Made by a program: the position numbers and the translations under genes. The notes beneath the pieces were generated by a model. The model worked only from the letters and a program-made list of their open reading frames with translations, was not told where the DNA came from and did no database searches. A stretch of 64,000 nt of DNA, taken from positions 744,001 through 808,000 of the forward strand of contig CM030335.1 in NCBI GenBank assembly GCA_017654855.1, in the 5' to 3' direction. Below, piece after piece: positions 11,565 through 23,470 of the stretch. Source of the stretch: Podospora anserina (lineage: Eukaryota). Positions within the stretch are counted from its first letter, which is position 1. Each line of letters begins with the position of its first letter.

Positions 11565-12098
11565 TTAATACCCTCGACTCCTACTCCTTCTCCCCCCCGC
11601 CCCCCTAACCTCCTCCCTCCCATAAACCGCATACCCCCCGTCCACACCCCGACTCCTACTCCTCGACCCCTCCCTCCTAACATAAACCGGCTCCACCTCC
11701 GTCATGCCCACCCTTCTTTCCCTGCTAACCGTCCTCGTCCTTGAATGTCCCCTGTGTGAATGCCTCGACCTGCTCCTGGACGTATGTCGTGGCGGATATT
11801 CCTCCCTCACACCCCCATACCACGGCTTCCCCGGCACCGCAGGCTTGTTCGGGGGAGCCCCCAAGTTGGTGCACGACCTAATAATCCAGATGAGAAGAAG
11901 CAAACCGACGATTGAGCCGATTACGATCCCGGCGATGGCCCCGCCGGTGAGGGTGGTGGTTTCATCTGGGTCTGCGGTCACGGGAGGGTCATCGTTGGTG
12001 CCGGTGATTATTGTTACTGTTGGGGGGTTGTTGTCTTGGCGAGGTGAGAGGAGGTTTGTTGTGAGCGTTGGGAGGTGGGTGAATAGTATTGGGGCCAT
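11565..12098 (-). CDS. Single-pass membrane protein with Arg/Ser-rich cytoplasmic tail
   Basis: GAIAGIVIGSIVGLLLLIWII TM helix and RS repeats; intronless 177 aa. Confidence 0.8.
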   Translation of the reverse strand: MAPILFTHLPTLTTNLLSPRQDNNPPTVTIITGTNDDPPVTADPDETTTLTGGAIAGIVIGSIVGLLLLIWIIRSCTNLGAPPNKPAVPGKPWYGGVREEYPPRHTSRSRSRHSHRGHSRTRTVSRERRVGMTEVEPVYVRREGSRSRSRGVDGGYAVYGREEVRGAGGRRSRSRGY

Positions 12099-13018
12099 TT
12101 TTGGGGGGTTGTTTTGGTTGCGATGATGGTCCTGTTGGTGATAATGGAGAGAACACAGAGAGAGAGATGGATGAAAAGGAGGAAGGGATGACAGTGCTGA
12201 TCCTAGACGCTGAATTTTCTACCATGTTTACTGCGTGGCTGTCAATCAGGATTATGTGGCGGTTGAGGTGATGATGTAATTGTACATGAAGTGTGGTGAG
12301 GCTGTATGGATTGGGAATGGCTTCGGGTGTGTTTCAGGGGTATTGGTGGGCGGGGCGGGGAGGGGGGGCGCTGGGCGATCTCACATGGTTGGGCACTGCA
12401 GACTGATGGAGATGCCAAGTTTGAGATATGGGAATAAGAGAAGCAAGAATATGCAGCATCCTACTGTTTTTTTTTGGAATATGTTTCTCCCTGGTGTCGC
12501 TCTGAAGAGAACAACTGAGAACCTAGCTAGCAGATCTGTTAGTCTGAGTATGCACATTTCGTCAGAGCCATAACAGTACTGTTTGCTCAAACAACTGCCG
12601 AATAACCATGCACAATGATGTCATAATTATTCCCGCCATCACCACGACATTTTGCTGCCCACAGGCACGCAGTCAGAGAGGAGCATTGCAACACCAACGA
12701 CACGTCAGGCAATCAACTCACTCCCCAATTCTGCACTTGCCGAAATCATTCCCCTCAGACCCAAATAACAGCCAGAGACCTCCATTTCATTTCAATATCT
12801 ACACAAAGCACTGAACCATCCTCCTATCCCAGGCCCACATCACCACAACCCAAGAACCATGCCTTTGTCCTCTCAGGGGCCTCCCTGACTGTCACTTTAT
12901 ATCGTGTGGAGTCAACAAAGCTTCAGTTCAAAACCTCACCAAGTCGACTGTTTGCATTGTGGCTGCACCAAGTCAACCTTAGAAATGCTGACGCCGACGT
13001 AACCGGCATCATCTCTTA

Positions 13019-13091
13019 GGGCGTGTGGCGCAATTGGTAGCGCGTTCGCTTTGCATGCGAAAGGTCTTGGGTTCGATTCCCAACTCGTCCA
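13019..13091 (+). tRNA. tRNA-Ala (anticodon UGC)
   Basis: Acceptor stem GGGCGTG/CTCGTCC with G3:U70, D-arm TGGCGCAATTGGTAGCGC, anticodon arm TTCGC-TTTGCAT-GCGAA, T-loop GGTTCGATTCC; no intron. Confidence 0.97.
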
Positions 13092-13283
13092 AAGCACGCA
13101 TGCCTCCTCACAAGGCAAGTCTGGGATGATGTTTTGCTGCCCAGGTTGACCCCCTGAATTACATTTTTTGTGGACTAGGTATGTTGCGCATGTTGACGGC
13201 CAAATTAAATTCATTGTAAATAATTGTTGGGCACGTGTGCATTGTTAGTGTCCATGTGGACGCTGGAGAATATCAAAACTCCC

Positions 13284-16200
13284 CTACTCTTCCTCTTTCT
13301 CGTCATCGTCACCCCCATCGACCCCATCTTCTCCCTCATCATCCCCTTGACTGCCCTCCTCCTCCTCCTCCTGCTGCTGCTGCTCGCCCTTCCAAACAAA
13401 CTCCCTCCCAGGCCCTCCAAAATTAACCTCAAACTGCACAAACCCCCCAAACCCAACAATAGGAAACAACCTCCCCGACACGTCTCCATCCTCATCATCA
13501 TACACACCCACTTTGACCCCGTTCTTCGTAGCCCACATCTCCCTCTGGGCCAAATCAACCCCAACGCCAATCACATCACCCACCTCCCCATAAGCCATCC
13601 CAATAAAATTCGTCCCCGACCCATCAGAAGCATAAATCTCGCCAGCACGCGAGTTGTAAGCCCACGACTTGGCGTTCGGGTTGACGTCACTCTCCATGAC
13701 GGTCTCACCAGGGAACTTCACACCCGCCGCCCCGACAGAACTGAATCCAAGTGCCACCATTGGCTTCGGTGGCCTAGCCTTGTGCCAAAGCAGAGTCTCC
13801 GACTCTGGGAGAGAAGGAGTGTCCTTGATGTTGATCTCGTAATAGTAACGATCCAACCCCGGAGGAAGGGGCTTGTCGGCCGAAACCGACACCTCCTTCG
13901 CGGAGAGGTGTCGTATCGTAATACCATCCTCTCCTACGCTCTTGGCGCCGATGGCAGTGGCGCCAGGTAAAGAGGTCGACCACCGAGATGGCAGGTTCTT
14001 CACCCAGGTGTTCTGCTCCTGGAGAAACTCTTCCGCTTCCTCGCTTCCCGAGTTGCGCACCAGCTCGATGGGCCGCCAGCCGAATTGGTCTGGGCGGCTA
14101 AAGTCTGCGTTGAGGGACCAGAGTTGCTTGAGGAGCTTGACGCTTCCGTTGGCGGCACAGGTCGCGATCAAGGAGGAGTCTTGAATCGCTGCGGTGGGAT
14201 CGGCCGAGATGAGGAGGGCGATCGTGTCCTCGAAGGCGGGAGTGTGGACTACTGCCCACTGTTCGTAAGCCAACACGAGAGCAGTTCGAGAGGAGGTGTC
14301 CTTGATACAGGCGTCCGCTTTTGCCTCCAACAGCAAGCGGACGCACTCGACGTGGCCTCCCAGGGCAGCACGGTGCAGAGCCGTCATTCCCTTCTTTTCG
14401 TCCTTGACGTCGATGGCAAGAGCGGCAGCGTCGTCGCGCTCAATGGATACCTGAATCATCTTTGACACAATGTCATCAAACCCGCGAGAGGCCGCTTGTC
14501 GAAGGGCAGTTCTGCCGCTACGTCCAGCCTTGTTGATGTCCGCAAGGGGAATGTCACGCTGCACAAGCGCGTCGAGAATCAGGGACGCAGTCTTGTGGCT
14601 CCCTTCTAGTTTCCCCAGAAGGGCAATGAAAAAAGGCGTCCAGCCATGGACGTCGACGATGTTCACGTCACAGCCGTGCTCAACAAGCAGTTTGGCAATA
14701 TCTGTTGCTCCTCTTCGGCACGCCAGATGCAAAGAAGTCCTCTTGAGCGTGTCGGTAAATTCGGGATCAGCACCATGCTCAAGCAGTAAGCGGGCGGCAT
14801 CAATATGCAAGCTGGCAATGGCTTCTTGCAAAGCAGTTGTCCCTTGAATATCCGTGTCATCGATCTCGACAACACCCTCACGTAGAAGAATCTCCATGTT
14901 CTTAACCTGGCCCTGCGTTGCGAGCATCTGCAGAGGACGGGCCGAGGTAAGGTTCTCGGCGTTGATGTCAGCCTTGTGTCTAATGAAGGCAAGCAAAAGA
15001 TCTTCGGGTGCTGCAGTCCTGAAAGCAAGCAGAATGTGGAACGCGGTGAGTTTTAGCACTCCTTCAGGGGCGTCAATCTCTGCGCCATGCTCCAACAGGG
15101 CAGCCAACACTGCTGGGTCTGTTCCCTCTTGGGCAAACAGATGTAGCGGTGTCCAGCCGTAGGGTTCGTTCCTGATGCGAGCATCAGCGCCATGTTGAAG
15201 CAACAACTGGACGCCCTCAAGCTGCTGGTCATTTCTGATCCAGTAGTGAAAAGCGTTGAACCCCCATTTGGATTTCGAATTTGGGTCTGCGCCCTTCTCG
15301 AGCAGAAGTTTCATCATCTCCAACCTATTCCCAACTGAAGCTGCCACCTGGACTGGGGTGAAACCATTGCAGACTTCGTTGACATCGGCACCAGCCTCAA
15401 GTAGACGCTCGGCCCAGCTTGTCAGCCCAAGATAGGCAGCAACATGCAGCGGCTTGTGGGAGCCGCTGGCAAGAGTGTACTTGCGTTCCTCTGGCGGATT
15501 CGAGGTAGGCTGGCTCGTTTGCCAAGCAAAAAAGAGATCAGTTTTGGACGAAAAGGCGTCGAGTTCTGTCATCAGCTGGGACCACAGGCTGCTGTCAGCC
15601 CTCTCCTCCGGTGAAAACAGCTCCTCAGCCTTGCGAACATGGTATGCCCAGTTGAGAAGCTCGTATCTCGAGTGGTGCGTAGGTTCCGTCTCAGAAGATG
15701 AGTCGCTGTCTTCTTCATCTTCCCAGGAGTTGAAATGCTCACGATCGAAGAGACTGGGATCAACAACATCTTCCTCGTCATCGGAATTCTCCAACGGCAG
15801 CACCATTTTCTCAGTCAGCATATGTTGTGGGGGCAGAGCCTCCATTTGAAAATCTGGAACCTTGGACTCCGGAATGCTTGACAAGCCAGCGCGTTTCTGG
15901 AACAGAGGGTGGTTGAGATGTCGCAGACAAGCCAGAGCCAGCTGCAAATGCCCTTCGCGAGCGTCGATCTTCAGAGCCTTGTGCATGGCATCACTCGTTT
16001 TGCACTTTGCGCAGAGTTCGGCGGCTTCCAGTTCGTTATCCGCTTCAGCAGTCGCCCCGCTAGAGCTGCAAAAGAAACCCTCGATATCGTCAAGCTCTCC
16101 GATGGGCGCATGAACCATGAACCTGCCCTCGACAGAGCTGAGTTTCAGAATGCCTTCCACTGCCTGCAGGAGCTGTTCCCTTTCCAGACTTGAAATGTGC

Positions 16201-18303
16201 TCAAAGGCGAGGTCATCCTCTGTGTTGTCGCTGGAGACATCAACCACGGGGCTGGTGTAAGTACCCTGAAAGTCGTCCATGACTTCTCGTGCTGAGATTT
16301 GGTTGTCTTTGGCGAGCACAACCCACGTGAGGGCAGTCTTGAGAAGACCGACGTAGTTGGGCTTTAGGTTGCGTAGGGCCTTGGAATACACATCCCCCAG
16401 ACCACCCGGGAGCTCCAAAAGCCGTTTGGAGAGCGGTCGCTGGAACGGTTCCTTCATAAACGGGATGGCAGTCTTGACAAGATACGAGAACTTGGACTGG
16501 GCCTTGTCCAGGATAGCAACCGTAGCCTCCTCGCGTTCCTTGGAGGTGAGGCCTGGGATGTTGTCGAGTTCATCCGCCAGGAACGCCCGAAGATCTTTCC
16601 CATTGCCTTCGCCAACATCAATGATCAACTGGTTGGGAAACTCCTCGTCATGCTGATAGTCGTTCTGAAACGTTGTGGGAGAGCTGCACCCAACAAGAAT
16701 GAGAATGTGATTCTTGACCAATTCGTCGACTTGGCCCCGAAGAGAACGAAGTTCCCGAAGGAGCGTTCGCTGGTGTTGACCCTCGAGGGTCGACTTGCTG
16801 ATTCCATCAACCACCACGACCACATCTCTTTGCAAAAGACGGACCAGCTTGCAAAACCCTCCAACGAACTGCGGAAACTCGGACATGCGCTCTCTCTCGT
16901 GGGGCTGGGCATTTTGCAAGTTTGCTTTTGCGGCCTTGAACACCGCAGTGCAGCTCTCCAGGAGACTCGCGTTCTTTGTCTCCAGGGCCAACTCATAGAG
17001 CTGAGAAAGCAGTGTGTGCAGAACCGTCTCGGCTGTAATGACTTGATCTTTGCCTTCCTTGGCATCAGGATTGCAGGTGACGTAAAGGTAGGCGGTATCC
17101 GGGTTCCATGCATCCTCCTCGTCCTCGTCATCATCACCCTGGCCTGGGAGGAACTGTCTGACAATGGACGCCATGACATAGGATTTTCCAGTTCCTTCTT
17201 CGCCCGTAATGCACAACATCTCACACTCGTCCGACTGCTCCCACGTCTCATAGTCCGGCTCCTCGAAGACCCAGCTGCAAGTGCCTTCAGGCATCGCAAC
17301 AAGCGCATCAATAGTGTCACCCAAAACTCTCCGACACCCTTCTAGCGGTTGCAGCGCTTCCTGGTATGCCTTGTAGTCTTCCAGGGCAAAGTCCCACGGA
17401 GACTTGCGCTTGGTATTGCTGGCCAGCTCGTCCATTCTCTGGGTAATCATGTCAATCTTGTGGTGGAAGGTCTCGAACTGCTTGATAGAGCTGGCAATAT
17501 CGGCCACAACTGACGACACACCCTGGAGCTGGGTAAGAGTCTTGTCTTGGAAGGCACCCTGGCTGCCCTCGAGGATTTTCTTTTTGAGGATAGCAATTGT
17601 CTCGCGCTTTTCCTCGAATTTGGTCTATGGATAGGTTAGTGGCCGTATCTATAACACAGTCCTTGGCGCTGGTCAAACCTACCCTGTTAGACCCGAAAAA
17701 GTCCTTGAGGCCATGCTTGAGCCGAGCAAACGACCCAGCCGTGATATGACGCTTCACAGCAAACGAAAAGTCGAGGACGGCCACGTAGGTTTCCGTCACA
17801 TCCTGGAACAGCTTCTCCACCAGCGGACTGGGCTTCCAGTCGGGCTTTTTGCCGCGTTCATCGTAGAGTCGGTCGTAATGGCGAACGATGATCATAATCT
17901 CACTGATATCGCTGAGGGCCGTGCCAAAAAACTTGTAAAGCTCGTAGTTGCTGTGGATGGCTGTCAGGGTTAGCTTGACGGCGTACCAGGCCAGCCCGAC
18001 GCTTTCTGGAGCCCCTTCCGTCAGGTAGTCTCCGGCCGTGATGAAGTTGTCGATGTTCTCCATGATGTTGGTGATCCACGATTCTGGAATTTCCACATCG
18101 GCCAGCTTCTTGTTGCCATACTTCTTGCCAGTAGCTGCCTGCAACTGCTGGGCGGCTTCCTTGGCGTCTTCTGGTCCGGCATATTCACGCAGGAACTCAT
18201 TGAGGACGGCCACCTCTTTTGGATCGGTATAACGCTCGTGCTTCGACTTTTTGAACCGGTCAAAAGCCTCATCGTAGAGACTGCGATGGGGTGGCGAACC
18301 CAT
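13284..18303 (-). CDS. NLR-like STAND protein: N-terminal helical domain, NACHT NTPase, ankyrin repeats, C-terminal SPRY (~1653 aa); intron 17625-17682
   Basis: Walker A GEEGTGKS, Walker B VVVVDGI, HLQLALACLRHL and YAYHV-type WHD/HD2 motifs, many TPLH/TALH ankyrin units, SPRY motifs RYYYEI, SWAY, GDVIGVGVD and GRLFPIVG, acidic tail. A probable 5'-UTR intron lies at 18313-18426. Confidence 0.92.
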
Positions 18304-19569
18304 GATGACACCCTAATGATCGTCAGCTTACACCTATTTAAAAAGAAAATAGGCCTCAAAAGATAGCCAATAGGCCTATTGACTATATTTGACGTGTGGT
18401 TCAAAATATGGTGTGCGTTTACTTACTTTTGCGGTGCCAATTGTATTGTCCACAACGTGGGTGACCGAAGAAAGCGGGAGAGAGTGAGAGAGTGGTGGAG
18501 TTGGGGACGGGTATCGACGAGCTGGAAGCAGAGACTGATCAGGTCAGGGTGAGGTCTGAAGAACTTAACCAGGAAAGCAGTTAGTTGTGATACCTGGAAT
18601 GCCGAAGATGTGTGATCGACTTACTTCCTGACATGCAGCTGCCAAATCACCGTCGGAGATTTGAGGAGTCTCGTTGATTCCACACGTCGAAGGGATGGGT
18701 GTGACGGGCTTCGAGGTTCCTGACGGAGGATACTGATCTGACGACGTGGTTTGGAGGAGTGGGCATGATTATAGCTACTGGAAGATGGTCGTCAGATTTA
18801 AGTCTCCCAAGCCCCATCTGTCCCTGGCTCCTGCGTGGCCCCATGTTTACGGTGCGATAGGGATGAAGCAGAAGGGCGCGGGGTCGTATCGGGGTAGTGG
18901 GCATCATTGCGTGTGGCTTGAAGATTTGCAAGTCAGAGAGATCAAAAGAAGGGATTCGCTGCTTCGTTTCATCGAGGCCCACTGAAGTCGCTGGTCTCAT
19001 CTCGTCGGGCAGTCACGCTAAGGCCAGCAAGCATGTTAGGTAAGCACCAGCTGAGAAATGGACGCTTCTGATTGGTTAATTGTGGGGCGAGAGCTTAAAC
19101 TGCTGCCTTAACTCCGCATGTCAGATTTTGGTGTCACTCTCATGTTACGCCACTTTTACATCCATACCACTGGTCCATCCGTGTAGTACGCTGACCGCCG
19201 AGAATCGTGATGCATCTGATATGGCCCCGAAGAGTCGCGATTGGGCAGAGCTTACCCTGCAGTCATATCACAACATGACCCCTGATCGCGGATAGTGATA
19301 CTGGTTTTCGATCAAGAATTTATGCTAGTACTCACTTCCGCTTTTCTTTGTCAGCTGTAGGCCTCCTATCTAGGATCACAGTCCGTGCCGATTTCCGAGG
19401 ACTCAATACCTTGCAGTAGAGAATGAGAACTGTGGAAGCATTCAAGTCTCTTGAAGATACCTCGGTATCGTAGGGTGCGTATTTACATTGTGCCGGTACC
19501 TGATGTTGAGCTTACTTTACAACCCAGTAGTTCTCATTCTACCTCGCCCTTTCCCTTCCTCTCATCCAT

Positions 19570-20613
19570 TTACTGCGACAGGAACTGCACAATGGCGTTG
19601 TAGTTGGCCTTGGCGTTGTAGTTGCTGTCGAACAGGAGAGGGTTGCCCTGAGGGCGCCACGAATCCTGGTCACGGACACCCCAGACGGTAATGGAACGGC
19701 ACTTGGGCTCCTCCAAGCAGCCACGGGTCACGGCGACGTAGTCGTTGCTGTTGTTGTTCTGGATGTCGAGCTCGGTAACGGCGACCTCCTTGACGCTGGT
19801 GGCAGCGAGAACCTTGATGGTCTGGGCAAGACCATTGCCCTGGCCGGACTGAAGATGGCCCTGAGTACCGATACCGTCGATGGGGATACCCTGAGACAGC
19901 CACTTGTTGACGTTGGCAACCATGCCGCGGGTGACCTTGGCGTAGTTGGGCTGGTCGAGGTTGTAGTCGTTGATGTAGAGCTTGGCCGAGGGGTCGGTCT
20001 CGCGAGCGGCGTCGAAGGCAATCTTAACGAAGCTCTCGCCGAGGACACGAGAGAAGACGCTGTTGCGGAGCGAGCCATCCTCGTTGAACATCTCGTTGAT
20101 CACATCCTATCGAGTTGTGTCAGCTCTCCAGTTTCCTTGTTCACAACATGATCACAACACATGACATACCCAGTGGTAGATCTTGCCCTTGTAGCGGCCA
20201 CCGACGGTGCGGATGTGCTCCTGGATCACACGCGTGAGCTGGTCACGGTTGTTGATCTGGTTGACCCAGCCGGCGAGCTGAGAGTGCCAGACAAAGGTGT
20301 GGCCACGGATGGTCTTGTTGCGCTCGGTGGCCCAGTTGACGAGGTAGTCAGCCTGGCCCCAGTTGTACTGGCCCTGGCGGGGGTTGAGACTCTCCCACTT
20401 CATGCTGTTCTCGGGAGTGACCTGACCGAAGTTGGCCTCGATAATGGCGGCGTTCCGGCCAGCCTGAAGACGGCCCTGATCGGTGGCAGTGCCATAGAAC
20501 TCCTTGCCCTTGGCCTTGAAGAGCGCGTCGATGCTCTGGGAAGCCTGACGGTGCTCGACGGTGGGAGCCGCTGACACCAACGGTGCCAACAGAAGCATAA
20601 GACTGGCCTTCAT
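19570..20613 (-). CDS. Endo-1,4-beta-xylanase, glycoside hydrolase family 10 (no CBM); intron 20107-20169
   Basis: Signal peptide, [24 protein letters not shown] (acid/base), YINDYN, GTQGH and VTELDI (nucleophile). Confidence 0.97.
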
Positions 20614-21011
20614 CTTTGACGGTGGGTGAGACTCGGCTGGGATGACTGGGTAGTTGAAAAAGAAGCGGTTAGGTTGGAAGGGCCAGCCTCCTATATACCT
20701 AGTCTCAGATTCCATGATGGCTGCTCGGGATTACCCACGCATCTCCACCCTTGGGTCCCTCTGTTCCGATTCGACGTATCTTCTGTCGACTACATGATAT
20801 CGTTCTCGGCCAACCATGCTCCATCTGTCCAAGACGTACCTGAAGATCACAGGCGATGCTCCCCGATCTTCACCCACGCCTTCCCCTTCCATGCAACCAG
20901 GATTCTCCTTCCGCACAGGAGCAAAAAAGCCCCGAATGCCATTTTGCGGGGCCCCACGACGCAGTGCAACACGATCTCGGTCGGGCATTTCTGCTCCTCC
21001 CAACTCCCATC

Positions 21012-21018
21012 TTTAGCC
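21012..21018 (-). promoter_or_regulatory. Candidate XlnR/Xyr1 binding site GGCTAAA upstream of the xylanase
   Basis: Consensus match ~400 nt upstream of the ATG. A TATA-like TATATA lies at ~20692-20697 and a CreA-type GCGGGG at ~20946. Confidence 0.45.
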
Positions 21019-22543
21019 GCGTTGCTGAACGGAACGGTTAAAGGGCCCAGGTGCGGCTTCGACTCCTTTTTGCCATATTCAAGACAATATTGATCCCTGT
21101 TGGCCGTGGACCCCAGAACCCCGTGCCAACTGCAAGATGCGCGCGAATGACGCTCCCCAGAAAATCTACGGCCGCTCCCAATTGGTGGTAAAATGCGGCG
21201 AAAGCCACGCGAACGACATCTGCCGGATGGGCGTCTCCGCGACATCATCACAAGGGATCGCTGGGCAATTACTGACAGCAGCGGTTAAGTGCTCTCCGTT
21301 GCTCTCCAAAACCCATGTAGCGCGTGGCTTATAGTTCATTTGACAGCCTGCATTCTGTCTTCTCCAACAGCCCGCCTTACACACAGCCATGTTCGTCATC
21401 CCTTCAACCTCTGTCATATAACTGCCAATATCCCCAAACAATCCCGATTCGCCGGGATGCAACAGAGGTGAGAATCCCATGGCGGGTGAGCTGAGGGGAA
21501 GGGCATACAGGATGCTATTTTGTTCCTGGACACCCGGTGATGTGCTTTACAGAGACTTACTGTCCTGGAAATCGGGCGACTTCAGGGGCAAACACTCAAA
21601 ACGACGGGAGTTTCAATCTAAACAAAGGAAATAGCAATCTCGAGCATGACGGGTTGTTATGTCCTAAAAGTAGAATTGGTGCCGATTTCCCGGGCGGTTC
21701 TAATATGGCTTGAGGCAAGCCGCGTTGCCAAAATCAACCACTCCTCGATACCTAGTTGATATCTTGTCTTGGAGACCTCAGAGGGATACTGAGGTATACA
21801 AAGATGTTGCCCCCCAAATCATTGGTTTAAAGGCTCACAACCAACCAACAGACCAGAAGGCCATATGCTACAAATCAGCCGCACAGCAGACATAATCCTA
21901 TGGCTGATCCTTCAATGTCCAAGCCCACGATTCACATCACAGCGCTTGGATAATTCTGACTGGCATCAACAATTCATAACCTACCACGTACCCAAGCTGC
22001 TCGCGCCTAAATTCTTGTACAACTCACACTGCCCCCCAGCAACAATTTCATAGAGTTGCATGGTAACACCAACATACTACCAACACCTAATAGCCACCAG
22101 TGTCACGGTCGTGCGAGATAGATACCTTGCTAGGTACCCAGCACCAAATAATTTACTATCTCAGCTTTGTCCACAGAACCGCCCCAATCATCTCTTCAAA
22201 CTCGCCGATTGCACATCAGGGGCAAATTCCCACTATAACAAGCCACAATTTCAAAAAATAACTAACGTTAGGGCATTATATCAGCTAATCAGAACAGCTC
22301 TTAGCTGAGGGATAACGTTTCGCCTCAAGTAAGGTAGGTACTATGTGAACGCCGAGCACATGACCGAGGTCTGATGTGCTCTCAGGTCCCCCAACCCACG
22401 AAACATTTTCAACCATAGGTACAAGTTGGTGCCTTGAAACAATGGGTCACTCCGAGAAAGTCAGCACCCTAGATTTGCTCGTTATCCTCTCCCAGCTTTT
22501 GACACCAGCGGTAGGTACCTGAGCCCGGACATACAACCTCTTC

Positions 22544-23470
22544 TCACCCCATCTTCTCACGCCCGCTACGCGAAGTAGCAAGCAAACAAAGCTGCAGCGC
22601 CAGATACGCCTGGGCTGCTGCCCCGATAAAAGAGAACAGTCCACTCCAGTACGTAGGGAGAGATGGATATGCCAGGATGGCGCGGCACCTGCGCTGAGAG
22701 CTCCGATAATGGTGAATATTATCGACCAGTGCCACGCCGCTCCACGTACCTACCGGTTGTAGACGGGCAACAAGGCTGTGAACAGACCAAGCCGCAACAT
22801 GATGGAGCTCTGGATCGCAACCCAGAAGTTGGGATCCTCGGTTGAGCCGTGTCCGGCGAGTCTGTGGTGCCATGATGGAATGAGCGTGAGCGCAGCTACT
22901 AGCGTTGCGATGGGGACGATGGCGTTGAGGTGAGGGATTCGCGGTCCAATGGGTCGGTTCCTCTGAGGAGTATCGCCCGGCTAAGGCTCTTCATGTCAGC
23001 ACCAATCAATCCATGAAGAAATCGACTGTAGGTGCTCAGTCCTTACACCCAACGCCCTCAAATGGGCAGCTTCTCGACTATTATACCCAAAAGCAGGCTT
23101 CCACTCGGTCCAAACCTCAGAGGAGTCATCAAGAGCCTGAAACCGCTTCAAGATGGCCTCTTCCACTTCAAACCATTTGGCCAAATTTTGTCTGTGGCAT
23201 GTGGCCCTTGATGCCGTCGTACAATGCTCTTGCGTCGCGTTGATTCGTTCTGATCTCCTTCACCTTCACCACGGGAATATCAGAACAGTACTCTTTGGCG
23301 AGAGCCGAGCGGTCCGATCGTCAAAGACATATTGCCAGTGTTGGACGCAGTCGGTGTAGTTGCTCAAGCAGTACGTGACCCTTTGCATATGGGATGATTC
23401 GAGCACAGAGTAACTGGAAAGGTTCGCTGCTACAGGTGGGGCAGACGCAGTGATTGCTTTTGTTGTCAAG
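22544..23470 (-). pseudogene. Decayed multi-pass membrane protein gene
   Basis: Reads IATLVAALTLIPSW..GHGSTEDPNFWVAIQSSIMLRLGLFTALLPV, TAG at 22750-22752, WHWSIIFTIIGAL, frameshift ~22682, then AILAYPSLPTYWSGLFSFIGAAAQAYLALQL. The upstream boundary is uncertain. Confidence 0.55.

Noticed and set aside
18368-18381. 14-bp palindrome CAATAGGCCTATTG in the NLR 5'-UTR intron
   Set aside because: Single short palindrome with no supporting context.
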